DNA from: Spirochaetia bacterium
Lineage (GTDB): Bacteria; Spirochaetota; Spirochaetia; DSM-16054; Sediminispirochaetaceae
Direction: 5' to 3'
DNA: 64,000 nucleotides
NCBI GenBank assembly: GCA_034520965.1
Contig: JAXHMY010000002.1
Coordinates: 288,001-352,000, forward strand
Below, piece by piece: positions 52,474-62,301 of this stretch. The number at the start of each line of letters is the position of its first letter. The first letter of the stretch is position 1. The notes beneath the pieces were generated by a model. It made no database searches. It was not told the DNA's origin and worked only from the letters and a program-made list of their open reading frames with translations. The position numbers were made by a program, and so were the translations under genes.

Positions 52474-53982
52474 TTAGTGGTGCCGACCCCGTCGCCCGGC
52501 CCACCCTGCCCCTTCGGTCAGCCTTGCCCCGCCCCGGAGGCCGAGGCTCAGCAGCAGAGGTACGGCCGGCGCCGGCAGCTGCTGCGGAAGCATAGGAAAC
52601 AGTCCCAGGGCAATGAGCGCTGCTGCAGCGGCGATTCCCGCATACCACCGGATAAATGGGGGCTGTTGCCGGGGCTTTTTGCTACTCCCTTGGGGGCCTT
52701 GCGAGAGTCCCCTGGAGCGTCGTTGGTGGCGCCGTTTTTTTATTAATAAAAATGCAATGATTACATGCACTGGCCATGCCCACAGCAGATGGTCAGTTGG
52801 CAGTAGTCGTCACGTATCCCGAGAAAATCCACAACAGCAGGCTTGCCGTACCTATCAATCCCGCAGCTCCAAATAGGAGCGCATCCAGGGCCCGTGCACC
52901 CCGGGACCAGCGAAAGCGGGAGAGCGTAAGCAGGAGCGCGGCGGCAAAGAGCAGCCACAGCAGCAGCGAGGGCAAAAGAGACCAGACTCTATCCGCGAAA
53001 GACGGCCCAACTTCCGCCTGTCCGGGCTTGCCGCCGGCCGAGGGCACGATGTCGGTGCCGTTACGTCCTTTGTAGACAAAGCGGGTCTTTCCCATCAGCG
53101 GCCGGCCGTCTAACTCGGCCGCCTCTACCGCCTCCATAAACTGCCCCGGCAGGTAAAGCCGGCGTTCGCGCCCAGGCACTCCGTCGGTGGGGCTGCCCAG
53201 CATCAAGTTAATGCCGAACTTCACAAAGGGCTTATCGACCAGATACGGGCTAATTGCCTTGCGATAACTTACCGCCGGGCGCTCACCCAGCATAAAGCTG
53301 ATATCATCGCCGAAGAGGTCCCACAGCAGGTCTCTTACCCGGGTGGTGCAGTTATCATAAAAAAAGTCATAGATGTAAATTCGGTTCTCCGGACGCGCAT
53401 TTATTTCAAGAAACTCAAACACCGCCTGTCGCTCGGCGGCGGAGAGCAGCAGGTCCTGCTCGTAGATGCTGCGGTTCTCGTACCGGCTGTAAAAATCGTA
53501 GGCCCGGCGGGTCTGCACCACCCCCAACATAAAGGGCAGCTCCCCCGTCACAAAGCGGGGAATAAAGGTGGCGTCAAAGGGCACCGAAGACTGGCCGTAG
53601 TTGTACAGCAGGTCAATCTCGTACACCGGATCTTCCACCCGAATGGCCGTGTGCCCGAACATGGAATAGAGGGCCCGGCCGGGAAAATAGTTACCATAGT
53701 CAGCTTTGCCCGGGGCGAGAGCTGCAGCACTTTTTGAGTCTGGGGTTCCTCCTGTTCTTGGGGCTGTTCTTGGGGCTCGGGCTGCGTTTTGAGCTGGGAT
53801 TCCTCCGCCGGAAGATTCACCGGCCGGACAACTGCCAGGCAGAGGAGCATCAGCGTAGCCATGAGGAGGACTGCCGGCCCGGTTTTTGGAAGAGCCAAGG
53901 GCAAAGGCTTAGGAGTTACTTTTGGGGCTTTTGTTGTGGATAATTTTAAAAATGCTTGGAGGGCACACATATTTTTTTTCAC
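52474..53982 (-). CDS. DUF4105 (Lnb-like) membrane protein, two frameshifts (near 53670 and 52795)
   Basis: FGHTAIRV, YNYG, Y.YDFFYDNCTTRVRD papain-like motifs, then TM helices. Confidence 0.75.
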
Positions 53983-54044
53983 GATCCTACCTTACTCAAG
54001 AGCCGCCCTTTTTTCAACGCCTAAAAACAACTTTCCCTTGACCT

Positions 54045-54186
54045 CAGGAATTCTAATTTTGGAAGTCTTTTGACTTCCAAAATTAGAATAACCTCAAACC
54101 CTTTAAGGTAAATTACTTATCCTAAAGAAAATGTGAGCATTCTAAATTTTAAAATTTTAATAAAATTTTAAAATTTAGAATTGCTG
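54045..54186 (+). mobile_element. MITE copy 3 (142 bp)
   Basis: Same ends as copy 1; flanks CCTTGACCT (54036-54044) and TCTTGACCT (54187-54195). Confidence 0.9.
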
Positions 54187-54226
54187 TCTTGACCTGATTC
54201 GTATATCGCCATACAGTATTTTCAGA

Positions 54227-55855
54227 ATGACCCTAGATAACCCTGAAGAATACCACACAATTTTTGAACACACTGGAACCGCTATGGCCTTAATAGACGC
54301 GGATCATACCCTGCTTAGGGTAAACCAGGAGTTTGCCCGTCTCACCGGTTTTTCTATGTCGGAGATAGAGGGAAAACTTTCTTGGACCAGCTTTATCCAT
54401 GAGGAAGACAAGCAATTGCTCCTCGATCGCCATGAGCAGCGGATGAAGTCGACGGGTACCCCGCCTACTTCCTATGAGTTCAGATTTTTAGATCGCTACA
54501 AGAAAACACACAATGTGCATTTAACTATCACCTTTTTGGCTTCAAGCCGGCGATCGATTGTCTCCCTTATTGATATTACCGAGCATAAACATCATCAGCT
54601 TATGCTTGAACGGCGGCTTACTTTGGAAAGGATTATTGCCGAAAGCTCACAAACCTTTATCAATGCCACCGAGAAAGAGATCGATAACGCAATTTACCGA
54701 GTATTACAGGCGGTCGGCTTGTTTTCAGAAGCCGACCGCAGCTATGTGTTTATGTTCTCCGAAGATGAAAAAACCATGAGTAATACCCACGAGTGGTGTG
54801 CCGAGGGGGTAAGCCCGCAGATCGAGATGCTGCAAGAATTGCCGGTAAAAGAGTTCCCCTGGATTGTAGAGGAGCTGCAGGCCGAAGGAAATATCAATAT
54901 TACCGACCTAAACGACCTTCCCGCGGCGGCTGCTGCGGAGAAAGAGATTCTAGGGGCCCAGGATATTCAATCTTTGGCTATTGTCCCAATACTTTATACC
55001 GGTCGGCTGCGAGGCTACCTGGGCTTTGACTCTACCCGGAAGCAGACAGCCTGGAGCGACGAAGACTTCCTCCTGCTGCGAACTATCGGAAATGCTATCA
55101 TCAATGCGTATATGCGTTGCAAACTCGAACACCAACTACTGCAATCTCATAAGATGGATGCAATTGGCCGCCTTGCCGGTGGTATCGCCCACGATTTTAA
55201 CAACATTCTGGCAACCATCCAGGGGAACAGTCAACTTCTGTCCTACTCGGAGTGCATGAGCGACAACGATAAAGAAATTCTCGATACAATCATTCACTCT
55301 ACCGAGAGCGGAAGCAGTCTCACACGCCAACTGCTGGCTTTTAGCCGGGATGAACCCTTGTCCGCTGAGATTATCGATGCAGATATAGTCGTTAGCAAGA
55401 GCCGGCAGATGCTCGAACGCTTGTTGCCGCAGAAAATTCACCTGCACACTCATTATGACAGTGCCGACAGCCGGATCAAGATTGACCCGATCCAACTGGA
55501 ACAGATAATTATGAATTTGGTACTAAACAGTGCAGATGCAATGCCGGAGGGCGGAGATATCACTATTCACAGCAGCCAAACCCATATGAGTCCCTCGAGC
55601 CTGATTAACGGTTATGAGGTTATCGCCGGAAAGTATCTTTTGTTACAAATTCAGGACAGCGGCCATGGTATGAGCCGGGAAACAGTGGATAAGGCAATTG
55701 AGCCTTTCTTTACCACCAAAGCGCCGGAAAAAGGAACCGGACTGGGGCTTTCCACTGCCTATTCAACAATTCACCAAAACTCAGGCTACATGGAGATTAG
55801 TTCTCATCTTGGCAGGGGAACCCGAATCGATATTTACCTGCCCATCGTGGAATAA
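54227..55855 (+). CDS. PAS-GAF sensor histidine kinase
   Basis: THEWCAEG GAF, GGIAHDFNN, NLVLNSADAM, DSGHG, GTGLGL. Confidence 0.92.
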   Translation: MTLDNPEEYHTIFEHTGTAMALIDADHTLLRVNQEFARLTGFSMSEIEGKLSWTSFIHEEDKQLLLDRHEQRMKSTGTPPTSYEFRFLDRYKKTHNVHLTITFLASSRRSIVSLIDITEHKHHQLMLERRLTLERIIAESSQTFINATEKEIDNAIYRVLQAVGLFSEADRSYVFMFSEDEKTMSNTHEWCAEGVSPQIEMLQELPVKEFPWIVEELQAEGNINITDLNDLPAAAAAEKEILGAQDIQSLAIVPILYTGRLRGYLGFDSTRKQTAWSDEDFLLLRTIGNAIINAYMRCKLEHQLLQSHKMDAIGRLAGGIAHDFNNILATIQGNSQLLSYSECMSDNDKEILDTIIHSTESGSSLTRQLLAFSRDEPLSAEIIDADIVVSKSRQMLERLLPQKIHLHTHYDSADSRIKIDPIQLEQIIMNLVLNSADAMPEGGDITIHSSQTHMSPSSLINGYEVIAGKYLLLQIQDSGHGMSRETVDKAIEPFFTTKAPEKGTGLGLSTAYSTIHQNSGYMEISSHLGRGTRIDIYLPIVE

Positions 55856-55867
55856 GTATCTAAACGG

Positions 55868-56551
55868 TTATACATGGCCAAAAGAGGCATGCAGTACTTT
55901 TCCAAAGGAGCTTGTGCGCACCACTTCGGCGGGAATGTTTCTATAATCTTTTTCTCCAAACTTAAAAGATATTTTAATATCATCGCCCTGAAAAAAACGC
56001 TTGTCCGGATTTTCCATCTTACAGCCGCCGCGGCTTAAATCAAAAATTCTGGCCTCAATGTGTGCATCGCTATGCTCGATCGGGGCCACATAACCGGTAA
56101 TTTGCACTGCCCTCCGCGTGCTCTTTCTGCGCTGCACCGGCAGCTCAGCCATCAGGGCCTCGGTTTTCCCCATTTTTGTTTTAGCGGTGATGCTTTCCAG
56201 CAGCTGCTTATCTACTGTATGTTCCCGGGAATAGGCTTGCAGGCTGTCGTGAAAGGCCTGATAATTGACCAATAACAGATACTTCTTTTCCGGGTTTTTT
56301 AAGTAGGAGCTGATGCCCTCCAGCAGTGTGATTTCATCGTTGTTTAACTGGTAAATTCGGCAAAGGGAGTCCCACTTATTATTCAGAAAATTTCTCGTCC
56401 GTTTACGCTCTTTCCGCCTCCGCATAACACCCGCCACCGCTAAAAAAACAAAAAAGCCGAACACAACAACAAGAAAAAGTGCCGTTTCCAGGGGCGACGT
56501 TTGCAAATCACGGGTAAACAGCATTTTGATAATCTCCTGCACTTGTTCCAT
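55868..56551 (-). CDS. Membrane-anchored PilZ-domain protein
   Basis: QRRKSTR and DLSRGG c-di-GMP-binding motifs. Confidence 0.8.
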   Translation of the reverse strand: MEQVQEIIKMLFTRDLQTSPLETALFLVVVFGFFVFLAVAGVMRRRKERKRTRNFLNNKWDSLCRIYQLNNDEITLLEGISSYLKNPEKKYLLLVNYQAFHDSLQAYSREHTVDKQLLESITAKTKMGKTEALMAELPVQRRKSTRRAVQITGYVAPIEHSDAHIEARIFDLSRGGCKMENPDKRFFQGDDIKISFKFGEKDYRNIPAEVVRTSSFGKVLHASFGHV

Positions 56552-56721
56552 TCTTCAACTCCTACTCTAAATCTACTATAAAGCTGTCCGGATTTAAAAC
56601 AATTAATGCCACATAATGCCACACAGTGGCTAAAGGCGGCACTTTTTATGATTTTATCATGATTTTTTTTGTCACCTTTATTCATAAACAGTATATTTAA
56701 ACCAGTATTAAGGAGGTTTGT

Positions 56722-57958
56722 ATGCGCAGTAGAGTAGTATATATAAGTATTTTCATTTTTCTCTTTGCAGGTCTGGGGATCATGCCGCTGAGTGCAGGCG
56801 GGAGCCAGGAGAACCGAGCAGGCCAAGAAGCCGGCAGCGAAGAGGATTCGGCGGGTTTTATGAAAACAACAGAACCCGGTAAGGGCAATGAGAACAGCTC
56901 TCTTAAAAGTTCCGGAAGTGAAAAGGAGATCGACCCCTTTTCCGAAGCGGAGCTGCAGTATCTTGAGCCCTACGACACTGCCGTGTTTGCGGGTGGTTGT
57001 TTCTGGTGTCTTGAACAGCCCTTTGAGCAGCTGGTAGGAGTGGCCGAGGTTATCTCCGGTTTCACCGGCGGCAGCAAAGAGAATCCCACCTATCGCCAGG
57101 TAGTCTCCGGAACTACAGATCACCGCGAGTCGGTGATAGTTTATTACAACCAGGATGTTATCAGTTATGAGCAGCTGTTGCAGGTATTCTGGCGGAATAT
57201 CGACCCCACCGATCCGGGCGGCCAGTTTGTCGACCGCGGCAGCCATTATGCTACCGGCATATTTGTCAATAGCGAGCAACAGCGGCGAATTGCCTCGGAG
57301 TCGAAGCAGCAGATAGAAGCCTCGGAGCGTTACAACCGGCCAATAGTGACAGAGATTCTGCCGGCGGGCCGTTTTTACCCTGCCGAGGAATACCACCAGG
57401 ATTATTACCTGAAGAGCGCTGATGCCTACAAACGCTACTACCAAGGGTCCGGACGGGGCAGTTTTATCGCCGAGCTGTGGAGCAACACCAAAACCCCGGA
57501 AGGCCTGGAGACAAAGGCCGGCCGGTGGAACAATTTTGATAAGCAGCAGAGGTTTTCGGAACTCTCTTCGCTTCAATATAAGGTAACCCAGGAAAATGGC
57601 ACCGAGAGGGCATTCAACAACGAATATTGGGATAACCGAGAGAGAGGGCATTTATGTTGATATTGTAAGCGGCGAACCCCTGTTTAGTACGACCGATCAG
57701 TACAAATCCGGTACCGGGTGGCCAAGCTTTACCCGGCCTATCGACCCGGATAATGTGACCTATCATGAGGATAGATCCCTCTTCAGCATGCGGATTGCGG
57801 TAAGCAGCCGCTTTGCCCATAGTCATCTTGGCCATGTGTTTCGCGATGGCCCCCAACCGACAGGATTGCGCTACTGCATGAACTCTGCAGCCCTGCGGTT
57901 CGTACCAAAAGAAGAGATGGCCTCCGAGGGCTACGAGCAGTATCTGGTACTGTTTTAG
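56722..57958 (+). CDS. msrAB: Exported peptide methionine sulfoxide reductase MsrA-MsrB fusion, frameshift in a GA repeat near 57645
   Basis: [45 protein letters not shown]. Confidence 0.92.
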
Positions 57959-58590
57959 CGGCGCTCTTGGGCGGCCTGCTGGGCCTTTGTCATGATCTCC
58001 CTTACCGTTTCATTCCACATGCCCTCGGTATACCATTGAGCCATGGTCTCGAGAAACTTGCGGTAGAGTTTAGCAAACTCCTTGGCCGCGGCCTTATCCT
58101 CGGACTGTTTTGCGTAGAGTTCCATCAACTGGGGATTCTCAGCCTTCCAGGCATCCTTCATCTCGGCCACCTTTGCGGGAGCTTCAATCCAGCGCAAAAT
58201 CTCATTGCCCTCGCCGTCCCACAGTGACACTACAGGTATGTGCGTGTCCCCGTCCCGCTCATAGCGGGTTTTCAGTTCTCCGTGTTCCGATCCGCGAAAG
58301 ATACGAATGGGTATCTCTACGCTCTTGAACAGCTGGTCCAGGAGGGGCATATTACAGATCCAGTCGCCGCACCAATCCTCGGTGGTGACAGTGGCCCGTA
58401 CCGGCTGTGTAAAACCCCCTAAGGCAATCCGCAGCTTCTCGATATCAGACTGGGCGGGGCTGTCCGCAGTGCCGGCCTGATCCATCAATTTCCGTACCAA
58501 AGAACGATAGTGACGAAGCTCTTTTAGATACACCTCGACCGTCATTCCCTTCTCAAAAAAGTCTGTAGTCATTTTTTCTAAATATTCCAT
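57955..58590 (-). CDS. Thioredoxin-family protein
   Basis: TEDWCGD motif, IPV strand. Confidence 0.75.
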   Translation of the reverse strand: MEYLEKMTTDFFEKGMTVEVYLKELRHYRSLVRKLMDQAGTADSPAQSDIEKLRIALGGFTQPVRATVTTEDWCGDWICNMPLLDQLFKSVEIPIRIFRGSEHGELKTRYERDGDTHIPVVSLWDGEGNEILRWIEAPAKVAEMKDAWKAENPQLMELYAKQSEDKAAAKEFAKLYRKFLETMAQWYTEGMWNETVREIMTKAQQAAQERR

Positions 58591-58684
58591 ATACTGTCAA
58601 AGATATATAGAGTTCGGCTGGAGATCAAGCTTAATAAAGAAACAGGCTTTACCCCGCCCGCGATTTCATATAGAGTCAGGTGCT

Positions 58685-59584
58685 ATGCACATAATACTCG
58701 GTCAGATTTTCGCGCTTCTCACTGCCGCCTGCTGGGCACAGAACTCGTTGGTATACTCACTTGCCGGAAAGCGGGTGAGCTCCTCCACGGTCACCCACAT
58801 ACGTCTATGGATTGCCCTGCCTGCCATCATGCTGGTTCATTTTGTATTTAACGGCACTTTTTTTCCAGTGGGACTGCCCCTGGAGGGGTATCTTTACTTG
58901 GGCGGATCCGGGCTTATCGGCTTTTTTTTGGCCGACCTGTTTATTTTCAAAGCCTTTGTGGATGTGGGACCCCGGGAAACTCTGGTGATCATGACCCTCT
59001 CTCCAATTTTTGGTGCCATTATGTCGCTGCTGCTACTGGGTGAGCTGCTTACGCCCCTGCAGATAATCGGTATTCTTACCACCGTGGCCGGAGTCGCCTG
59101 GGTAGTGTTTGTAGAGCGCAGCGACCCGGGCAAAAAAAACCGCAATTATGTACTGGGGGTGCTGTTTGCCTTTTTAGGCGCCTTTACGCAGGCTGCGGGA
59201 ATGGTACTGGCAAAAGGGGGCATTGTCAGCGGCGTCCATCCTATCTCTGCAAACGCAATTCGCATCAGTGCAGGCTTGATAGGTATTATTATTTTTGCCG
59301 CCGGCCGAGGTCATTTGATAAGCGATTTCCGAAAGATGACCGATCGAAAAGCCCTTCTGCTGATAGCCACCGGAGCTCTGGTGGGTCCCGTACTCGGGAT
59401 TATTTTAACCCTGTACGCTTTCCAGTGGGCACCGGTGGGAGTTGTCACCACCCTAATGCAGACTTCACCGATTCTGCTGTTGCCTATAGAACGCTTTGTC
59501 TTCAAGAAGCATCTGCCCCTGGGGGCGATTGCGGGCACCTTCTTGGCCATCGGCGGGGCAGCCCTCCTGTTTATTGCTCCTTAG
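58685..59584 (+). CDS. EamA/DMT transporter
   Basis: Ten hydrophobic segments in two EamA repeats. Confidence 0.85.
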   Translation: MHIILGQIFALLTAACWAQNSLVYSLAGKRVSSSTVTHIRLWIALPAIMLVHFVFNGTFFPVGLPLEGYLYLGGSGLIGFFLADLFIFKAFVDVGPRETLVIMTLSPIFGAIMSLLLLGELLTPLQIIGILTTVAGVAWVVFVERSDPGKKNRNYVLGVLFAFLGAFTQAAGMVLAKGGIVSGVHPISANAIRISAGLIGIIIFAAGRGHLISDFRKMTDRKALLLIATGALVGPVLGIILTLYAFQWAPVGVVTTLMQTSPILLLPIERFVFKKHLPLGAIAGTFLAIGGAALLFIAP

Positions 59585-59924
59585 CGGTCGGCAGTGTAAT
59601 CCTTCTAGCCTTTTATCATTGTAGCGGCATCATAAAAACCGTGTTATTCTAAGCTATGCGGGTTTCTAAAATCTGTACACGAAATTTTTTGGTGAGATTT
59701 AATAATTGCCTTCAAGGCGTGCGCAATATATGGCTAAACAGAAACTGCAGTATGAGCGCTCAAAAAGGCGGGGATCCTCTCTCACCGCTGGTACTACCAA
59801 TTGTTCTACTATTACAATTCAGTATCTTCGGCTTGTTTCAAATATCCAGTACAGCATCAGAACAGGCAGCAATTTTGCATGCCTTCGAATGGCACTTTCA
59901 TATCCTTATCTCACTCTCGGCGGG

Positions 59925-60117
59925 GCTTTCCCGATGAGTGTAGAAAGCGGAAAGAGAACTCGGCACACAAATTTTCTCTTATGCGCCGAATAACATTGAA
60001 CTTGCTCAAACAGGAGACTTCCTGCACACGGAGTATCGCAGGTAAACGTCTGTTGTCCGGCTGGGACACCGGGTATCTTGAAAAAGTTTTGTTTAAGGTC
60101 TAACTGCGTGTGCCCTG
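59925..60117 (+). mobile_element. ISAs1-family remnant (3' end of the transposase plus right end)
   Basis: DECRKRKENSAHKFSLMRRITLNLLKQE...SIAGKRLLSGWD..YLEKVL followed by GCGTGTGCCCTG. Confidence 0.75.
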
Positions 60118-60178
60118 GGCGGCGGGCCCTGTTGTATTCCATTTTTACATGGTATGATATTTGCTGGAGAGGTGGCCC

Positions 60179-61219
60179 ATGCCGACTGATGATACCCGTG
60201 AAAACAGGCTTGAAAAAACAGGCGACTACGCACGTCTACTGGTTGAAATAAAAGAGCGCGTACGTTCCGCCCAATACGAGGCTTTCAAGGCTGTCAATAA
60301 GGAGTTGGTCGGACTTTACTGGGACATTGGGCAGATAATTGTCGAGCGGCAGGCGGATGCGAAGCACGGTTCGTCCATTGCGGAACAGCTATCCAAAGAT
60401 CTACGGGCCGAGTTTCCGGGGATTGGCGGGTTTTCCCGGCGCAACATCTTCTACATGCGGGAGTTCTACCTGCTGTATCGTGACGATGAAAGAGTGCAAC
60501 CACTGGTTGCACAAATCGGCTGGACCCACAACTTGGTCATACTTCAGCGCTGCAAAGACCCCTTGGAACGTGAGTTCTATATCCGCATGACTCGCAAGTT
60601 CGGATGGTCGAAAAATGTGCTCATCCATCAGATCGAGAACCAAAGCTACGAAAAATCACTGCAGGGGCAGACCAACTTCGACCAGGCGCTGACGCCGGAG
60701 CTGCAAGCTCAGGCCAAGCTGGCCGTGAAGGACGAGTATACCTTCGATTTTCTGGAACTCGGTGAGGAATACAGCGAGCGCGAGCTGGAACGGGCGCTGA
60801 TTGCACGAATTGAGAACTTTATGCGGGCCATGGGTAGCATGTTCGCATTCATGGGCAGTCAATACCGGTTGGAAGTTGAAGGTGATGAGTACTTTATTGA
60901 CCTCCTGCTCTTTCATCGACGTCTCAAGGCCCTGGTGGTCATTGAGCTGAAAATCGGAAAATTTATACCTGAGTTTGTCGGTAAAATGCAATTTTACCTG
61001 ACAGCACTGGATCGGCACGTTCGTCAGGAGGATGAGAACCCCTCCATAGGTATCATTCTGTGCAAGGAGAAGAACCGCACGATAGTGGAATATGCCCTGC
61101 ATGATGCCAAGAAGCCAATCGGTGTGGCAACCTATGAAATTACCAAGACCTTGCCAAAGGAGCTGAAAGGAGAATTGCCTACACCAAAGGAGATCGCACA
61201 ATTGCTGGAGGATCTATGA
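60179..61219 (+). CDS. YhcG/DUF1016 PD-(D/E)xK nuclease-domain protein
   Basis: YWDIG, GFSRRN, KDEYTFDFL, IDLLLFHR.L...VVIELK, GKMQFYL, SIGIILC. Confidence 0.93.
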   Translation: MPTDDTRENRLEKTGDYARLLVEIKERVRSAQYEAFKAVNKELVGLYWDIGQIIVERQADAKHGSSIAEQLSKDLRAEFPGIGGFSRRNIFYMREFYLLYRDDERVQPLVAQIGWTHNLVILQRCKDPLEREFYIRMTRKFGWSKNVLIHQIENQSYEKSLQGQTNFDQALTPELQAQAKLAVKDEYTFDFLELGEEYSERELERALIARIENFMRAMGSMFAFMGSQYRLEVEGDEYFIDLLLFHRRLKALVVIELKIGKFIPEFVGKMQFYLTALDRHVRQEDENPSIGIILCKEKNRTIVEYALHDAKKPIGVATYEITKTLPKELKGELPTPKEIAQLLEDL

Positions 61220-61430
61220 CGCCTACCGACACCACAGAAAAAAAATTGGAGACACTGATTGTCGAATCGCTCACCGGCGAAGCGGGCTACGTCCAGTGAT
61301 AGTGATTTGGTAGCCGCAGAAACCGGAGCTCACTACGAGTCTGATATGACCGAAGTCGACACCTTCGAGGATATGATCAACAATATCATGGAGTCGCGCA
61401 AGATGCTGGCCAACGCCAGCTACTTCGCCT
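61216..61430 (+). pseudogene. Type I RM HsdR remnants (N-terminus joined to an internal fragment)
   Basis: MTPTDTTEKKLETLIVESL... then ...TFEDMINNIMESRKMLANASYFA. Confidence 0.65.
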
Positions 61431-61601
61431 CATTTTAAGCACTTCCTGTTTCCTAGACTCAAGGCAGACGTCCAGGCGCCGTATAACAGTCATCGGCAGG
61501 ATGACGTCTCTGTACTTACCGCGTACCTACACATCTCGAAGCACATCGTCAGCAATACCCCAGATGAAGTTAGCTATCCAGTTAAGTTGTCCATTATCCA
61601 T
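61431..61601 (-). pseudogene. Type I RM HsdM N-terminal remnant with an in-frame stop
   Basis: MDNGQLNWIANFIWGIADDVLRDV*VRGKYRDVILPMTVIRRLD. Confidence 0.8.
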
Positions 61602-61882
61602 ATTCATCCTCATTCTAGTTGTTGTAAATGTACCGCACCAGCTTTAGACCATAGCGTGGCAATTTTCTGATAATAGTACTACTGCTCTGTCCATTTGGTT
61701 AGTGTACGCCCTCTTTTTTCAATGTTTCCACGCGATTTTATCAGAATATGGGCTAAAACGAAAGTCTTAATACATTTTGCATTTCGCATTGACAGGGACA
61801 AAACAGGGCCAGAGCGCATAAAAAAAGCACCCCCGGAGGGATGCTTCTCAAATAGTTCGTTGCAGGACAACGCTTTATTTAA

Positions 61883-61955
61883 TCGGGCTGGGCGGACTCG
61901 AACCGCCGACATCTTGATCCCGAACCAAGCGCGCTAGCCACTGCGCTACAGCCCG
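61883..61955 (-). tRNA. tRNA-Pro(CGG)
   Basis: CGGGCTGTAGCGCAG...CTTGG-TT-CGG-GA-TCAAG...GGTTCGAGTCC...CAGCCCGA cloverleaf; CCA not encoded. Confidence 0.95.
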
Positions 61956-62055
61956 AATAAGAAACCAATCAAAAACAAAAATGTGTTCCTCCGAGCGGCA
62001 CGATGATGTAAGACAAGGTGACTGAACGGCCGCACGGCTGAACAACAAAAAAAGG

Positions 62056-62129
62056 CGGGAGCGACGGGGATTGAACCCGCGATCTCCGGCTTGACAGGCC
62101 GGCGCGATAACCATCTTCGCTACGCCCCC
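62056..62129 (-). tRNA. tRNA-Asp(GTC)
   Basis: GGGGGCGTAGCGAAG...CCGGC-CT-GTC-AA-GCCGG...GGTTCAATCC...CGCTCCCG. Confidence 0.95.
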
Positions 62130-62301
62130 ACGGGAACAGCCACACTATACTCAAATAGGTTTATTATGTCAAGCGTGGGTGCCAGACTGATGAGCAAAAA
62201 GAGCATCGCCGAATTGACACTTACGGTCTAGCGTGGTACTGTTTTTTGCAATCAGGTTAATTTCTTTAACAGTATCACACTATGAATTAAAAGGAACATA
62301 C

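Noticed and set aside
56440..57651. 403-aa minus-strand ORF
   Set aside because: Antisense shadow of msrAB with no recognisable motifs
59656..59937. Short ORFs upstream of the ISAs1 remnant
   Set aside because: No recognisable family or RBS; probably non-coding debris
59585..61882. att-site duplication of the tRNA-Pro 3' end bounding the decayed island
   Set aside because: No second copy of the tRNA end was found by eye and no integrase is present
61679..62154. Small ORFs overlapping the tRNA genes
   Set aside because: Explained by the tRNA-Pro and tRNA-Asp sequences
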